Of a stretch of 64,000 nt of DNA, positions 21,660 to 33,816 are shown one piece after another. Source of the DNA: Antechinus flavipes (taxonomy: Eukaryota); assembly GCF_016432865.1 (NCBI RefSeq), contig NC_067403.1, positions 241,490,001 through 241,554,000 of the forward strand, read 5' to 3'. The translations under genes were made by a program, and so were the position numbers. How positions within the stretch are numbered: the first letter of the stretch is position 1; every line of letters starts with the position of its first letter. The notes beneath the pieces are model-generated. The model did not search any database. It worked only from the letters and a program-made list of their open reading frames with translations, and had not been told where the DNA came from.

Positions 21660-24110
21660 AATGCTACTATATTTCCTTTATCAATTCACTCTCCCACTCT
21701 CTTCCAAACCTTTTCATCCCTCCCCAAATCTCTTCCTACCCTCTTGGCAGACAACCTCTCCTGATATTTTACAGAAAAAAAAATGGAGACCATTTACTCT
21801 TCTCTCCTCTTCTACCCCTTTCCCTTCCTTCTCTCTTCTTTCACATGAAGCGGCCTTATTCTTTACCAAGATTAACCCCTTTATCTGTTCAAGAGATCCC
21901 ATTCCATCCTATCTCTTGCAACAGATTGTTCCCTCTGTCATTGCCATTCTCTCACTTCTTTTTAATGTCTATGAACATGCTCATGTGACCTCTCTTCCTT
22001 AAAAAAACAAAACTAAAAAAAAAAAAAAAACCTTACCCGATTCTTCCCTGCTAACTATCGTCCTAGATCTGTTCTGCTCTTTGTGGTTGAACTCCTTTAA
22101 AAAAAATGTCTACACTTGTGATGGAGAGAGCCATCTATTTGCAGAGAAAAGTCTGTGGCACTGAATGTGGATCATAACATAGTATTTATATCTTTTGTCG
22201 ATTGCTTGCTTCCCCCCCGCCCCCTTTTCATTTTTTCCCTTTTTGATCTTTTTTTTTCCTTGTGTAGCATGATAACTGTGGGAATATATCTATAGAAGAA
22301 CTGAACATGTTTAACCTATATTGGATCACTTGCTGTCTAGGAGAGGGGATTGGAGGAAGGGAGGGAGAACAATTTGGAACATGAGGTTTTGCAAGGGTGA
22401 ATGTTGAGGATTATCTTTGAATGTATTTTGAAAATTAAAAGCTCTCATTTTTAAAAAAAGAAACAAAAAGAGACTGTCCACAGTGAGCGGCTCCAATTAT
22501 TTCCTCTCCCCTCCTTTTAACTCATTTACAATCCAGCTTCTGGCCATTCCACCAGATCTGTTCTCTCCCAAGTTATCAACTATCACTTAGTTGATACATC
22601 CAATGGTTTTTTCCTCAGTCTTCATTCTCCTTCGATCTCCTGACCCTATTGATCCCTCTTTACTCCTTGATATTCTCTCTCTTCCAGGTTTTCTGGACAT
22701 TTTCCTTGTTCTCCTCCTATCTCTCTGACCTCTCTCTGTTGCCAGAGTCTCTCTTCAATCACTCCCTCTAATCAGAGGTGACCCACTTTACATAACTTCA
22801 CATGTTCTCATCAGCTCCCATTTATTTAATTACCATCTCTATGCTGATGTTTCTCAAACCCAACTTTCCTGCCCCAAAACATTTCTGCTATTTCCAATCT
22901 TGCATCTCCAATAGCTTTTCATACATCTCACTGGATGTCCAGTAGATATCTTAAACTCACATACAAAACTGAACTCCTTACCTTTCTTTCTAAACTTCTC
23001 CCCATTCATTGTACTCAGCAACAGGAGGATTGTGCAAGGATCAACTATGATAGACTTGGCTCTTCTCATCGGTTCAGCGATCCAAGGCAATTCCAATAAA
23101 CTTTGGATGGAAAACACCATCCACATCCAGAGAGAGAACTATGGAGACTCATGCAGATCAAAGTATAATATTTTCACCTTTTTTCTTCTTGGTTTTTTTG
23201 CCACGGTTTTTCCCCTTTCTGATTTTTCTCTCTTGACATGACACATGGGGAAATATATTAAAACAAAAAAGAGAACTTATATGTATAACCTAAAAAAAAA
23301 ATCTAAGAAAACCTTTTAAAAATGAAAAAAATAATTAACTTCTCCCTGACCTCTCCTATTACTATAGAAAGCAACACACACTCCTTCCAGTCCATCAGGC
23401 TCAAAAAGTAGGAGTCATCCTGGACTCCTCATCCTTTCTTATCCCCACCCCCATATTCAAGTTAGTGCCCAGGTCTATTGATTTCACCTCTGCAACATCT
23501 CCCAAAATATGCTCCCTTATCTCTTCTGATCTTGCCCTCATTAGTGTAGATCCTAATCCTTTCATGTCTCGACTGTTGCAATAACTACTGGTGAGTCTGT
23601 CTGCCTCAAGTCCCTCCCCACTCCAATTCATTCTCCATTCCACCACTAAAGTGATTTTCCTAAAATTTAGGTCCAATTGTCACTTCTCTTCTCTCCCATA
23701 AACTTGTGGGTCCCTATCATCTCCAGGATTAAGCACAATATACATCATCACAGCCCTCTCCTCCCTTTCCAGATTTTTATACCTTACTCCCCAAAGACCC
23801 TGACCTTCTGGCTTTTCAAGGAACAAGACATTGCATCTCTTGGTTCTGGCTCTTCCCCACACTTGGAACGATCTCTATTCCTTTCGATCCAGTGGCTCCC
23901 CAGCTTCCTTGAAGTCCCAACTAAGATTCCATCTCTCACATGAAGCCTGTTCCAACCCCTCTTATTGCTAAGACCTTCCCTCTCTGAAATATATATTTAT
24001 TCTGTACTCTGTGTGGCTTATTCTCTCTCCTATTAAATTGTGAATTCTTCAAAGAGACTGTTCACTCTATCTCCAGCCTGTAGCACAGGGCACACTAAGC
24101 ACTTAATTTA
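21660..24110 (+). mobile_element. Long degraded L2 LINE, interrupted by two L1 3'-end fragments (about 22110-22465 and 23020-23330)
   Basis: Pyrimidine-rich L2 ORF2-like sequence (ggagtcatcctggactcctc) ending in an L2 tail (agcacagggcacactaagcacttaat); the inserts end in A-rich tails and carry marsupial L1 3' UTR motifs. Confidence 0.7.
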
Positions 24111-26904
24111 ATATATTATTAATATATTAATGTTATATTAATATTATACAATTAATATAATAGAATGTGTAATAATATTAATATGTATTTAATATATAAT
24201 ATGTTTATCGACTAGCCAGTAAAATCACACACACACAGAAGGCATGTCTTGTATTACCGAAAAGCATTCTTAAAAACTTAAGGGATTTAATTAAGTGTCC
24301 TAGATCTTAAAAGGCAGTTCTAAGGAAGAATGGTAGGAGTTAGAGGCCACTAGGAGGAGCCAATAAGTTAACAGCAGAATGGTAGAGAGAGGAATCTTGG
24401 GGTCACTAGCCATTCCCTTCCAGAAAACCCCTTTTCACTCCATCTATTACAGAGTAGCATTCTTGTACCTCAGGGGGTTTTATGGATAATAAGAAGCATA
24501 TTGGTCTTAGAATAAGGTGAGATCTGGGCGGAATACTAGGTCCACAACTCTCTGTGATTGCTTCCCCGTCAGTAAAATGGGCTACTAGCTATCATAGGCT
24601 TTTGTAGTGAGGCTCAAAAAGTATACAGTGTGTTCCAAAAAATTGTAGTTTAAACTTTTAAACAGAAAATCATTTTGAAGTCAATGTGTTAAGATTTTTA
24701 GAATACATTGTATAAAAATTTTTTGTAAATGTGAACGTGTTATTAAGTATTTGGGGGTCTCTGTAGAGAACACAGTATCCTTAAGGAGGGTTGAGGAAGA
24801 GGTTACTATTTATGATAGGGATTCTTTATCTTTTTTTTTTTTTTTAATATCACGAACTCCTTGAAAGTCTATAGACAACTCTGGAGTCCTACTCAAAATA
24901 ATATTTTTAAATGCACAAAATCAAATACATAAGATTGAAAAGGAAACTAATTATATTGAAACTATAAAAAGTCTCAAAATAATGAAAACTAAGATACTTG
25001 GTTTCCCAGGTTCACATAGCTCATAAGTGTCTAAGGTCGGAATTAAGCTCATTTGAGTCTAAGCTCAGAGCACTGTCTGATGCCTCTAAAGTTAGGTTCT
25101 GAAATGTGTCCCTAAGTTTTCCAACCTCTGATCTTTAGTGCCTGCTCTAATATTCATCTTTTTTGCCCTTCTCCCTTCCTTCAGTCAGTGTTATAATGAA
25201 CATGTGATGAGGTCGTCTCTAGAAATGTGGCATAGCCCGAAAACATTCCATTCCTTTGGCTGCCTTCTCCTGGCTGGGGTCGATTCCAGTGAAGGATTCT
25301 CTCCCATCTGCCATGTTTCTGACTCCCACGGACTTTTAAGACCCAAGAGTGGGAAAACCAAAGGTGAATGTGATGGTGGAGGTCATAGTTGTCTTCAGAT
25401 CCTTGTGGATTCTTCCAGGAAATGCTTCCCCCTCCCCAGTCTCCCTTTCTCCAGAGCCCAGTTAAAACAGCCAAACCTTCCCTCGCTCTCATCCCTGGAA
25501 TGTTGGCCACGCATCTCCCTGTTCCTGTCTCTCTGGGATGCCTTCAGGATCTTTGATCTTTAATTTCCCAATCTGGCACTATTAACAAGCATTCCTCTTA
25601 AGGATTGCAGTTGATTCCAGGACAGTTGCAATTTAACACAAATCTTAAGAAATATTTATCAGTCCCAGACCTGGGACTTTTACTCAAGGCAAAGTGGGTC
25701 CTTGTTGCCATTATCACCTTAGGATCCTGATCCATATAGGGACAGTGTTCCATTTGGGGGATACCTAAACCCCAAATAGAAGCCCTTCCTCAGTCATTTG
25801 CTATGTACCTCAGTAATATTTTTGTCCAGTTTTCATTCTTATCACCTATTCTTGCTTAGAGACACACTGGTTATTTTTGCCTTGGGGCTATGTAATCTTT
25901 TATATATGGCTATATAGTCAAGGTTGCTGGTCTATATTTCTTATAGCCAAGATTTTTAAATTTTTTTTTCATCATGGATCCCTAATGTTTTTGAATGCAT
26001 ACAATAAAATACTCAGGACAGTAAACTTATTATACTGGAAGCACTTATATTTAAATAGTTAATATTTTAAAAACATAGAATCCTTGCTGAGAACACTTAT
26101 GTAAGTAGGAGCACTATAACCCTTCTCTCCTTTCTCAAATTAGGTTAGTTTCTCATTCAAAGGTATTAAAACTATTCTTAACATTTAATTGGCTCAGGGG
26201 ACTAAAGTCTCAGGCTACTGACATTACTTCTTGGCCACTTGAGAACAAAATGACATGGAGCTGGGTGCTCTGCTGCCTAGCTGGAAACCAGGCAAAGGAG
26301 CTTAGCTCAGCAACTAAGGACTAAGTGTTCTTAGGAGCCACTCTTGTCTTTCTTTCTCATACTATGGCTAAATAAATCTCCTTTTGCTAACCGTTGATTT
26401 TTTCCCATTCCATTATCTAACATAAACGACTTGGATGTTAGCTTGAATTAAGCACGGCCTCAAATAACTCTGCTTAGAGGTAAAGATTAAATTAATCATT
26501 TATTAAGGATCTAGAGTGCTAGGGATTTTGTTAGATTACTGAGGATTCAAAGACAAACATGAGATCGTCCTTGACCTCAAGGAGATTACATTCTATAGGA
26601 GAGAGCACTACACATATAAGTATACACAACTATAGCTGTTCAGTCATTTCTGACTAGTGACTAGTGACCCCATGGTGGGTGGGGGAGGATTTTCTTGGCA
26701 AAGATACTGGAGTTGGTTTGCCATTTCCTTCAGACATGGGAACAGCCTGTTCAAAGGCATGGAGATGTCATATGTGAGGATCAGAAAGGCTGCAGTTTGG
26801 ATGGATGGAAGGATATGTGAAAAGAGACAGAAAGCTCTAAAAGTGGGTCAGAGTCAGGGCAGTAAAGGACTTAAATGCCAAATGATTTGAATTTGATTCT
26901 AGAG

Positions 26905-27052
26905 TAAGGGATTTTAATCATTTGCCTCCTGAATCTCTCTGGCAGTTTAGTGAAAACATACTATTGGACCCCTTCTCAAAATATTTTAAAATGCATAAAA
27001 TACATACTTAGTTATCAACATATGTATGTATATACATATACACATAATACAG

Positions 27053-27089
<37 letters not shown>

Positions 27090-27123
27090 GATAGTTCATT
27101 GATCCCAGGTTAAGAACCCTTTA
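26905..27123 (+). mobile_element. hAT-Charlie-type MITE (CheshMITE-like) with an internal (AC)n, inserted in an L2; related copies at about 24816-24985 and 25948-26098
   Basis: TIR-like ends taagggattttaatc and aggttaagaaccctt; 8-bp TSD ttctagag/ttctaaag (Charlie NTCTAGAN target). The family name is from memory. Confidence 0.7.
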
Positions 27124-30100
27124 TTCTAAAGGTAAAAGGGAGCCACTGGAGCTTACTGTACAAGGAAGTGTATTGTCAGGAATGTGCTCTAGGAATATCA
27201 CTCAGTTACAATGTCTAAAGTTAGCACAATCTATGGTAGGACAGGCCACAGTAGACACTGTGTTCTTTGTCCTCTCTCAGGTTTTTTCCTGAAAGAAAAT
27301 GTCAATGTTAAGAGGAAAGCTTCCTTCATAAGAAACCACTGTTGGACTTGTAATTTAGTAAATGCTAGATTGTAGAGGAAATAAAATAGGAGAGAGAAAA
27401 TTAAAGGAGATGTTACTGTAGTTTAAGTGGCTGACCCAGTTTCCAAAAAAATTGATGAAGGGGTCAAAAGAAAACCCAAATAGTTATAAAGATTGGCGAC
27501 TTTTATTGAGATGATCAATGCCCAGGTGTGGGGAGGAAAGAGAGAGAAGGGGAAAAAGGTATAGGGAAGAGAAAAACGGACAGAAAGTGAATAAGAGAAG
27601 AGCGAGGGACTGAGCTGAAGAGATGAGAAAAAGAGAGGGGAAAGATTTTGTTTGTAAATGTCATCATAAGCATATTATCTTTTGTCTATGAGATGCTGAT
27701 ACAAATTTTACATGATAAAAGACAAATACAGATCCCCCAGCATTCCACTGAAGATCTCCTTTAAATTGCCAGACTACCAGTGACTCCTTGACCAGTTTCA
27801 AATTCACCTAAATTCTATTGTCTAGTTCCAAGCTTCTTAAAATTATTTTTTTTAATCTGTAAGCTTAATTCGCACTTCTATATACCAGGGTTCATGTGAA
27901 AAAACTTCTTGGATGAAAAGGGTTTGTGAGTATAAAGTTTAAGAAATCCTGGTTTAGTTCACATCTGTTTTTCATAAGGAAAGTACAAGATACTATTATC
28001 AGAGTTTGCTAAAATTTCAGTAAACCATATCGACAGCATTGCCCTGATCTGCCATTTCTCTTGTCAAAAAGAGAAAGAAGTTAATTGTCATCACCCGTCT
28101 TAAACTGGCCACTTGTGACTCAGCTTCCTTCTTACTATTAGGGTCTAGAACTTTGTAATCAATTGAAATTACCTCCAAAGGCCAACAGAACCCATTTTCT
28201 CTTAAAAATTAGTAAAACATCTACCCTTTTCCAGTTCTATAGCACCTCTCATTCTCCAGACCCTTTCAAAGATCACTAACGATGGCCGATGGCCGTTTTG
28301 GATTTTGTCCTTTCCAGTTCTAAAGCCTTTCTCCATAGCAAAGAGAATATAATTTATACAGATCAGTTCTGTATGGTTCTGACTGGTGTGAATTATCACC
28401 AGTTAACTACTCATAGCAATCCCATTTCTTCCTTGACTTTCCTTTGTTCCAACATAACTCAAAATCACACATATCTTCTTGTCTTTAGCATTCCTTGCCA
28501 GACTTAACACACTAAATTTTTTAGCATACCTACTGACCAGTAATTTTTTTACATTTTACATTTGCATTCATGATCTGTTTAGCTATTTTCTATACCTACC
28601 TTGAAAAATCTGAGTTGAAAAGGCCAATTCCTATGGATTCTAAGATCATGCAGTTCCACAAATCCAATTTCTTCTCCGTCAGAGTTGCTTCTTTTGTCAC
28701 ATTTCATTAGTTTCCCATACCTAAGTAGTTAATTTTCCTCATGGAACTTTAGTCAATGGAAACCTAACCTTCTTCTGAACCTTTGCAATCCATACTCCTC
28801 AAATTTACAATGCATTTAAAGTATTTTTCTTTATTACAAATTCATGTAAAGGAAAACTTACACCTTCCCTTAAAGTTCTTAGAAGACATTCCCATCCTAG
28901 CACTCCGATGCAGAACATAATTCCCTCTTGTTGGTCATGCTATTTAAGGCAGAAGGCTCTAGCTGATGTATCTTACTGATACATACACAATACCATGCCC
29001 TTGTGTCAGACCTGGCATCTCATGAACTCATCCATTTATTCTTTCTGTCCAAATGGTCTGTAGTAGACTATGATGACAAAGATTTTTTTCCCCCTCCCTC
29101 TACTACTGATCTTCCCTCAAATGCTGTCCACTGTCCCTTGATTTCTACACTCCTGACAAATATAATTACTGACATGGCATGTTCCTATATTAGTAGTTTT
29201 AAGCTTTAACAACTTTGCAAAATATAAATGCTACAGACATCAAAAAAAAGATTTAAAATATGCTACAAATTTATAAAAATACTTATTTAATGAGAAAGTA
29301 TAAACCAGAAATCCCACACGCAATGCAGAATGACAGGATGTCCCATCTTGTTTAAATCACATTACTTTAAATTCACAAAACTAAATAGAAATATGAAAAA
29401 TCAGACTTTCAAATGACTTTTGCTAGCTTATAGCATTTTTACTTCTGAAGTTATTCAGACTTAAAAGTTGCCTTTTAGAACACCAAGTATCAGGCTATTT
29501 CCCTCCAACCCACTAATCTTTTTTCCTGAATAATGTATATTTATTGAGAAGCATATTTCAAAGAGATTTCATTTCAAGCCTCAATGATACTTATGAGGAC
29601 CAATTTTACTTTCTTGTGTAGGCAGTTCTAGTTTTATTTTGCCCAATAGCCCAAATAGACATTTGTACAGTGATATTCAAGGTTATAAGTTTTACTTATT
29701 ATTAATGGTTCCTTTTTTGAATTTCATCTTCAGCAAGCTATTCAGTTATCTTCTAAAACACAGATATTCTCTGTTGTAGCTAGCTTCATGGTTATGTTTA
29801 TCAGACAATTTTCTTTCTCCCTCATTATAATTTCACAACCGCAATAGCATCTGAAGTTGGGCTTTGTTCTCCCATCTTCTCCATCCCACCTGACTCATGA
29901 TTTCATAGCCCTCAAATGGCTCTCCTCACCAGACAACCAGCCCATCCTGATGGGGAGAGTTTATCAATGATAATGCTAAAATGACGTAAGAGGCTAAAAC
30001 GTGACCTTTGTGCATTATCTAGACTCCCAACAGAAAGCTGGACAATACTGTTGCTCCATAGAACTTAGTTTAACCTGAACCTTACTCTCATGCTCCTGGA

Positions 30101-30569
30101 CTCTATTCTCCCTCAGGAATGCAAAGAGCCCATATTTGGTTTTCTGTAATGGTCAAATCAATTCTGAAGATTGTCCCACTACTTAAGCAGCAGTATCTAG
30201 CAGTTTTCAGCCTTGCACTGCCAATGAAAAACCGTAGCTAAGCCTAGAATTGTGCCAGCAGATTTTTGGGTGTAGCTCATTATCCTATTCAGATATATGA
30301 ATATATGTTGTGCTAAAATGGTCCGTTATTCTTTAAAACAAAAACAAAAAAACCCCACACAAAAACCTCTGCATTTACACTGTAGTTAGCAGAATTCATG
30401 TTTTCTAAAAGACTGATTTTTCAAAGTGCTATCTTACAACTTCCTGCAAGATTCAGATGCTTAGATGCTTAAGATTCTGGAGCTCACTTCATAAAATAGT
30501 ACATACCTTTTATGTAACCACATAAAGAAGATAAAGGCAAAACTTTTTTATAAGATAGCAAAATCTAGA

Positions 30570-30582
30570 TGCCCTCTAGTGG
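30570..30582 (-). promoter_or_regulatory. CTCF core motif
   Basis: CCACTAGAGGGCA fully matches CCASYAGRKGGCR. Confidence 0.5.
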
Positions 30583-31422
30583 AAGACAAAAGGCTACAGT
30601 TAGCTTGCTCCTAAAGCCAAGAGCACTTTTTTTAGGGGGTTCAGCAATGATCCAATAAATTTTTCAGACATGTGACTTCACTGGTAACAGCAAGTTTTCT
30701 TTAGTGAATTGTTCTGAATCTTTTAAACATAATAAAAAAAAAAGAAAAAGAGTTATAAGTTTTTTATAATTTTATTTTTCCGTTTCCTTCTAAAATGTAT
30801 TTTGTTCTGTAAATTCCTGTAACACACTTAGTTGTGGGTCACATCGTGCCAGGTTATTGATGCTTTGGCTAAAAAAAATCTTGGTAGTAGAGAATGAAAT
30901 TTACATTATCAGACCCAATATTACAAAAATCCTTTTTAAGAGTGTCATGAGGAATTAAAACTAAACCACTCCCACCCTCCCTTAAACAAAATGGGGAAGG
31001 GAGTAGAAGAAAAAATTTAAAAATCATGTACAGTTCGAATTATAATGCACTGTTGGATATGGCAAGGACACAGCTCATAGAGAAGACCAAGGACGGGACC
31101 TTAGTCTTTTTCTAATTTGTGTTTTCTACTTTACAGGGTTTGTTGTGGAGCTTAAAGGGAAGGAGGGTTGAAGTCATTACAAAGTCAGCTTTCTTGTACT
31201 TCATTTTGGTTAAATGAATTTAAAAATAATCTTTGCTATTGTTAACATGTCCCTCTCAAATCTCACTTCTATTTCCACTCAGTTGTGCAGAATGAGGGAT
31301 CGGGCCAGAGAAACATAGTTATTTAGAGCCCTATACCAGGACGTAGGCTCTGCGGGGATCCTCCTGTCTCCTCGGACAGAGTCCACAAGAGGAGAGTAAT
31401 TATTCATCTCCTACAAAGTTGC

Positions 31423-31428
31423 TTTATT
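31423..31428 (-). terminator. Candidate poly(A) signal, MTCH2 (more distal candidate at 30771-30776)
   Basis: AATAAA on - about 385 nt after the stop. Confidence 0.45.
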
Positions 31429-31812
31429 AATTTTTCTGAAGTTTCACAAGTTGTTTCTATTCCTGTTTGGAATTTAATGATTCTTCATTCTTAAAAAGTT
31501 TAAGATTGAGGCCTAAACACCAGAATAATCTGCCCATTCCTCTAGAAAAGTGCAATTTTGCTTTATGTAAATCATATTTAAACCCAAAGCAAAAACTGCC
31601 CATTTCAGGAAAAACAATCATTGGGGAATCTCAACAGTAAAGCAGCTTGCATTGGGAAATGAACAAAAAAGGCAGACACCAAACACCTCCATTTTCCCAA
31701 GATTAAATGATTATTAAAAAAAAGCGCACCACACTGTATAGAAATCAACATTCTCTCCCATAATTCTGTCCATCTGGGACTACAGAAATGTCATTGCCCC
31801 TGCCCCACATCT

Positions 31813-31899
31813 TCAAATCAACATCCTCAGGTCACAAGAGTAAGTCTTCCCAAATGGGACCTTCCGGAAAAACAAGCTATTTCCACGACTCATGTTTCC
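31813..31899 (-). CDS. MTCH2: MTCH2 exon 13 (last); joined CDS 918 nt = 305 aa
   Basis: tttttttccag|; GNMSRGNSLFFRKVPFGKTYSCDLRMLI*. Confidence 0.97.
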   Translation of the reverse strand, partial: GNMSRGNSLFFRKVPFGKTYSCDLRMLI

Positions 31900-33266
31900 C
31901 TGGAAAAAAATCAAACAGATAAAATTTATAGTGAAGGTCATGACATCAGTAAATCCAATTGGCAAAATGAGCAAAGATACAACAGATGTCCTGGAAATGC
32001 AACTAAATGATTAGTGGATACAAAGTCTCCACTTTCACAGAACAGAAAGCTACACTCTTGATTAATACAAAGGAAATGCCATTGCACCTTGGAGGGAGGG
32101 TGACAAGAGGTTCTTCCCAGCCTTTATAACGCTGTCAGTGCCACAGGGTCACAGGACAATTTTGTACCCCTTGGGCTCCCTTCTTTACAGGCCTAGCCCA
32201 ACATCTTCCTCTGGAGTTCGCTCGATTTCCCAGTCCATTCGGAGGAAGTATAAGAGAAGCAGCCACAGAGACAAGGGAGGGCCTCCACTCTTACTTTTCT
32301 ACCTGGGGGCCGGAGGATGGATTAAAAGAGAAGAGGGTACAACTACAATAATAAACTCTCTCTCCTTAAACTGGGGATAATATGAACACCATTTGCTGCT
32401 AAATGCAGGGAGGAAGTGCGATCCCTGAGAGTAGGTGTAAAAAATTATTCTGAAGGCTATTTCAGTAAAAACATTGTAGCTGTTAATTCTCAAGAGGAGG
32501 TCACTGGATTTCTGTCCTGGGACACGGCAATCCCAGTGGGACGGGTTGCCTCTACTCATTTTTATAGACTGATCTTGAGCTTTGAGAAGCAAGGCCTGCC
32601 TTTTGTATGTATCGCAACTGCCACAAAATAATGCAACAAAGAACTTTATCTCCTTTATTCCTTACCTTGTCTCTTATAATTATTCAAAAACAATTGTGGT
32701 GAGACAATTCTTTGCTTTTTATAATAAGCCTGATGCTTAATTGGTGGCCCCTATTACAGGTAAGAAATCTCTGTGGGCATAGCATCTCAATGCATAAGCT
32801 TTGGGTCTACGAGGTCACTGATTACCCTGCACACTCAGTCCGGGTGCTCTAGCTCTGTCACTTATTTGTTGCTAGAAATTAATGTAACTTCTAGTGCCTG
32901 AAATTCCTCATCTGCGAAGTAGGATAATCCTTAGCCTAGGACTGAAGAGTATGGAAAAAAAAAATCTAAATCTCTGCATTTGATTCATCATGGGAGAGAA
33001 ATAAATACTTGGTAACCAAGACCCTTTCAATAACCTTCAGGGGCAGACCCTCTTACAGGTGAATGTGCTTTTAAAAAATATAGATTATTTAGATGGATTA
33101 TTTCTCCTGTCTCAGGTAGACATCCTCCCCTTTTGCTAGAATATCAGATTAACGTCATTTAAGTTAAACAAATGAGACTGACAGCTGCAGGTGAAATTTG
33201 AGGGAGAAGAAGGGATCTGGATAAAAACCCAGAAATACTGATTCAAAAAGCTAAGAGTAACGATAC

Positions 33267-33342
33267 CTCTTTTTGCAGCATGCACCAACAGTCTAACCAG
33301 GAAGTATAAATTGGAGCATAAGGAGGACATCCACCAGCAAGC
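33267..33342 (-). CDS. MTCH2: MTCH2 exon 12
   Basis: ctctttcag| and |gtatcg; (G)LAGGCPPYAPIYTSWLDCWCMLQKE. Confidence 0.97.
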
Positions 33343-33708
33343 CTGAAAGAGAGAAAATCTCAATTATCTTCCCACATCTCTGGGGACTCTGGTACCCTTG
33401 CGCCCACAGTACTAGTCACAAAGATACGGAAGAAGAGACGCCAGTTGTGAGGAAACTGATAGTTTCACTGGAACGGGCCACAGATGGGCTCACTTGGCTC
33501 ACTTTTTTTCTGGCACTGCCCATGGCCCTTCTGTAAGCACAGCATTATACAGTGGGAGCCCTGCCTGGCAGCTCTTTAGACTCTGAATATACTGGGTGCT
33601 CTGCTGCTTTAGCAGTATCTGGACAGAATGGTCATGAAACCTTCCTCTTATATACACTACTCTGGGTTGCCTTAGAATCACAAAATGGGTCAAAGAGCCC
33701 AGAACACC

Positions 33709-33816
33709 AAGCCCACATTTCCTCAGCTTGTACCCTGTCTGAAGAACAGAGAAACATAACCCTAACCCTAACCCTAAGCCCGCATTTCCTCAGCTTGCAC
33801 CCTGTCTGAAGAACAG
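33709..33816 (+). repeat. Short interstitial telomeric array (TAACCC)3TAA between 41-bp direct repeats
   Basis: Copies 33709-33749 and 33776-33816 differ at 2 positions; telomeric hexamers at 33757-33777. Confidence 0.85.

Noticed and set aside
25138-25563. 141-aa ORF with a hydrophobic N-terminus (secreted peptide?)
   Set aside because: Starts at GTG, has no recognisable homology or clear splice/promoter context, and lies among repeats
33750-33756. Filler agaaaca as a retrotranscribed TERC fragment
   Set aside because: Seven nt is too short to assign
33709-33816. Repeat-spacer-repeat as a CRISPR-like array
   Set aside because: Only two repeats, a telomeric spacer and a eukaryotic intron context; no cas genes
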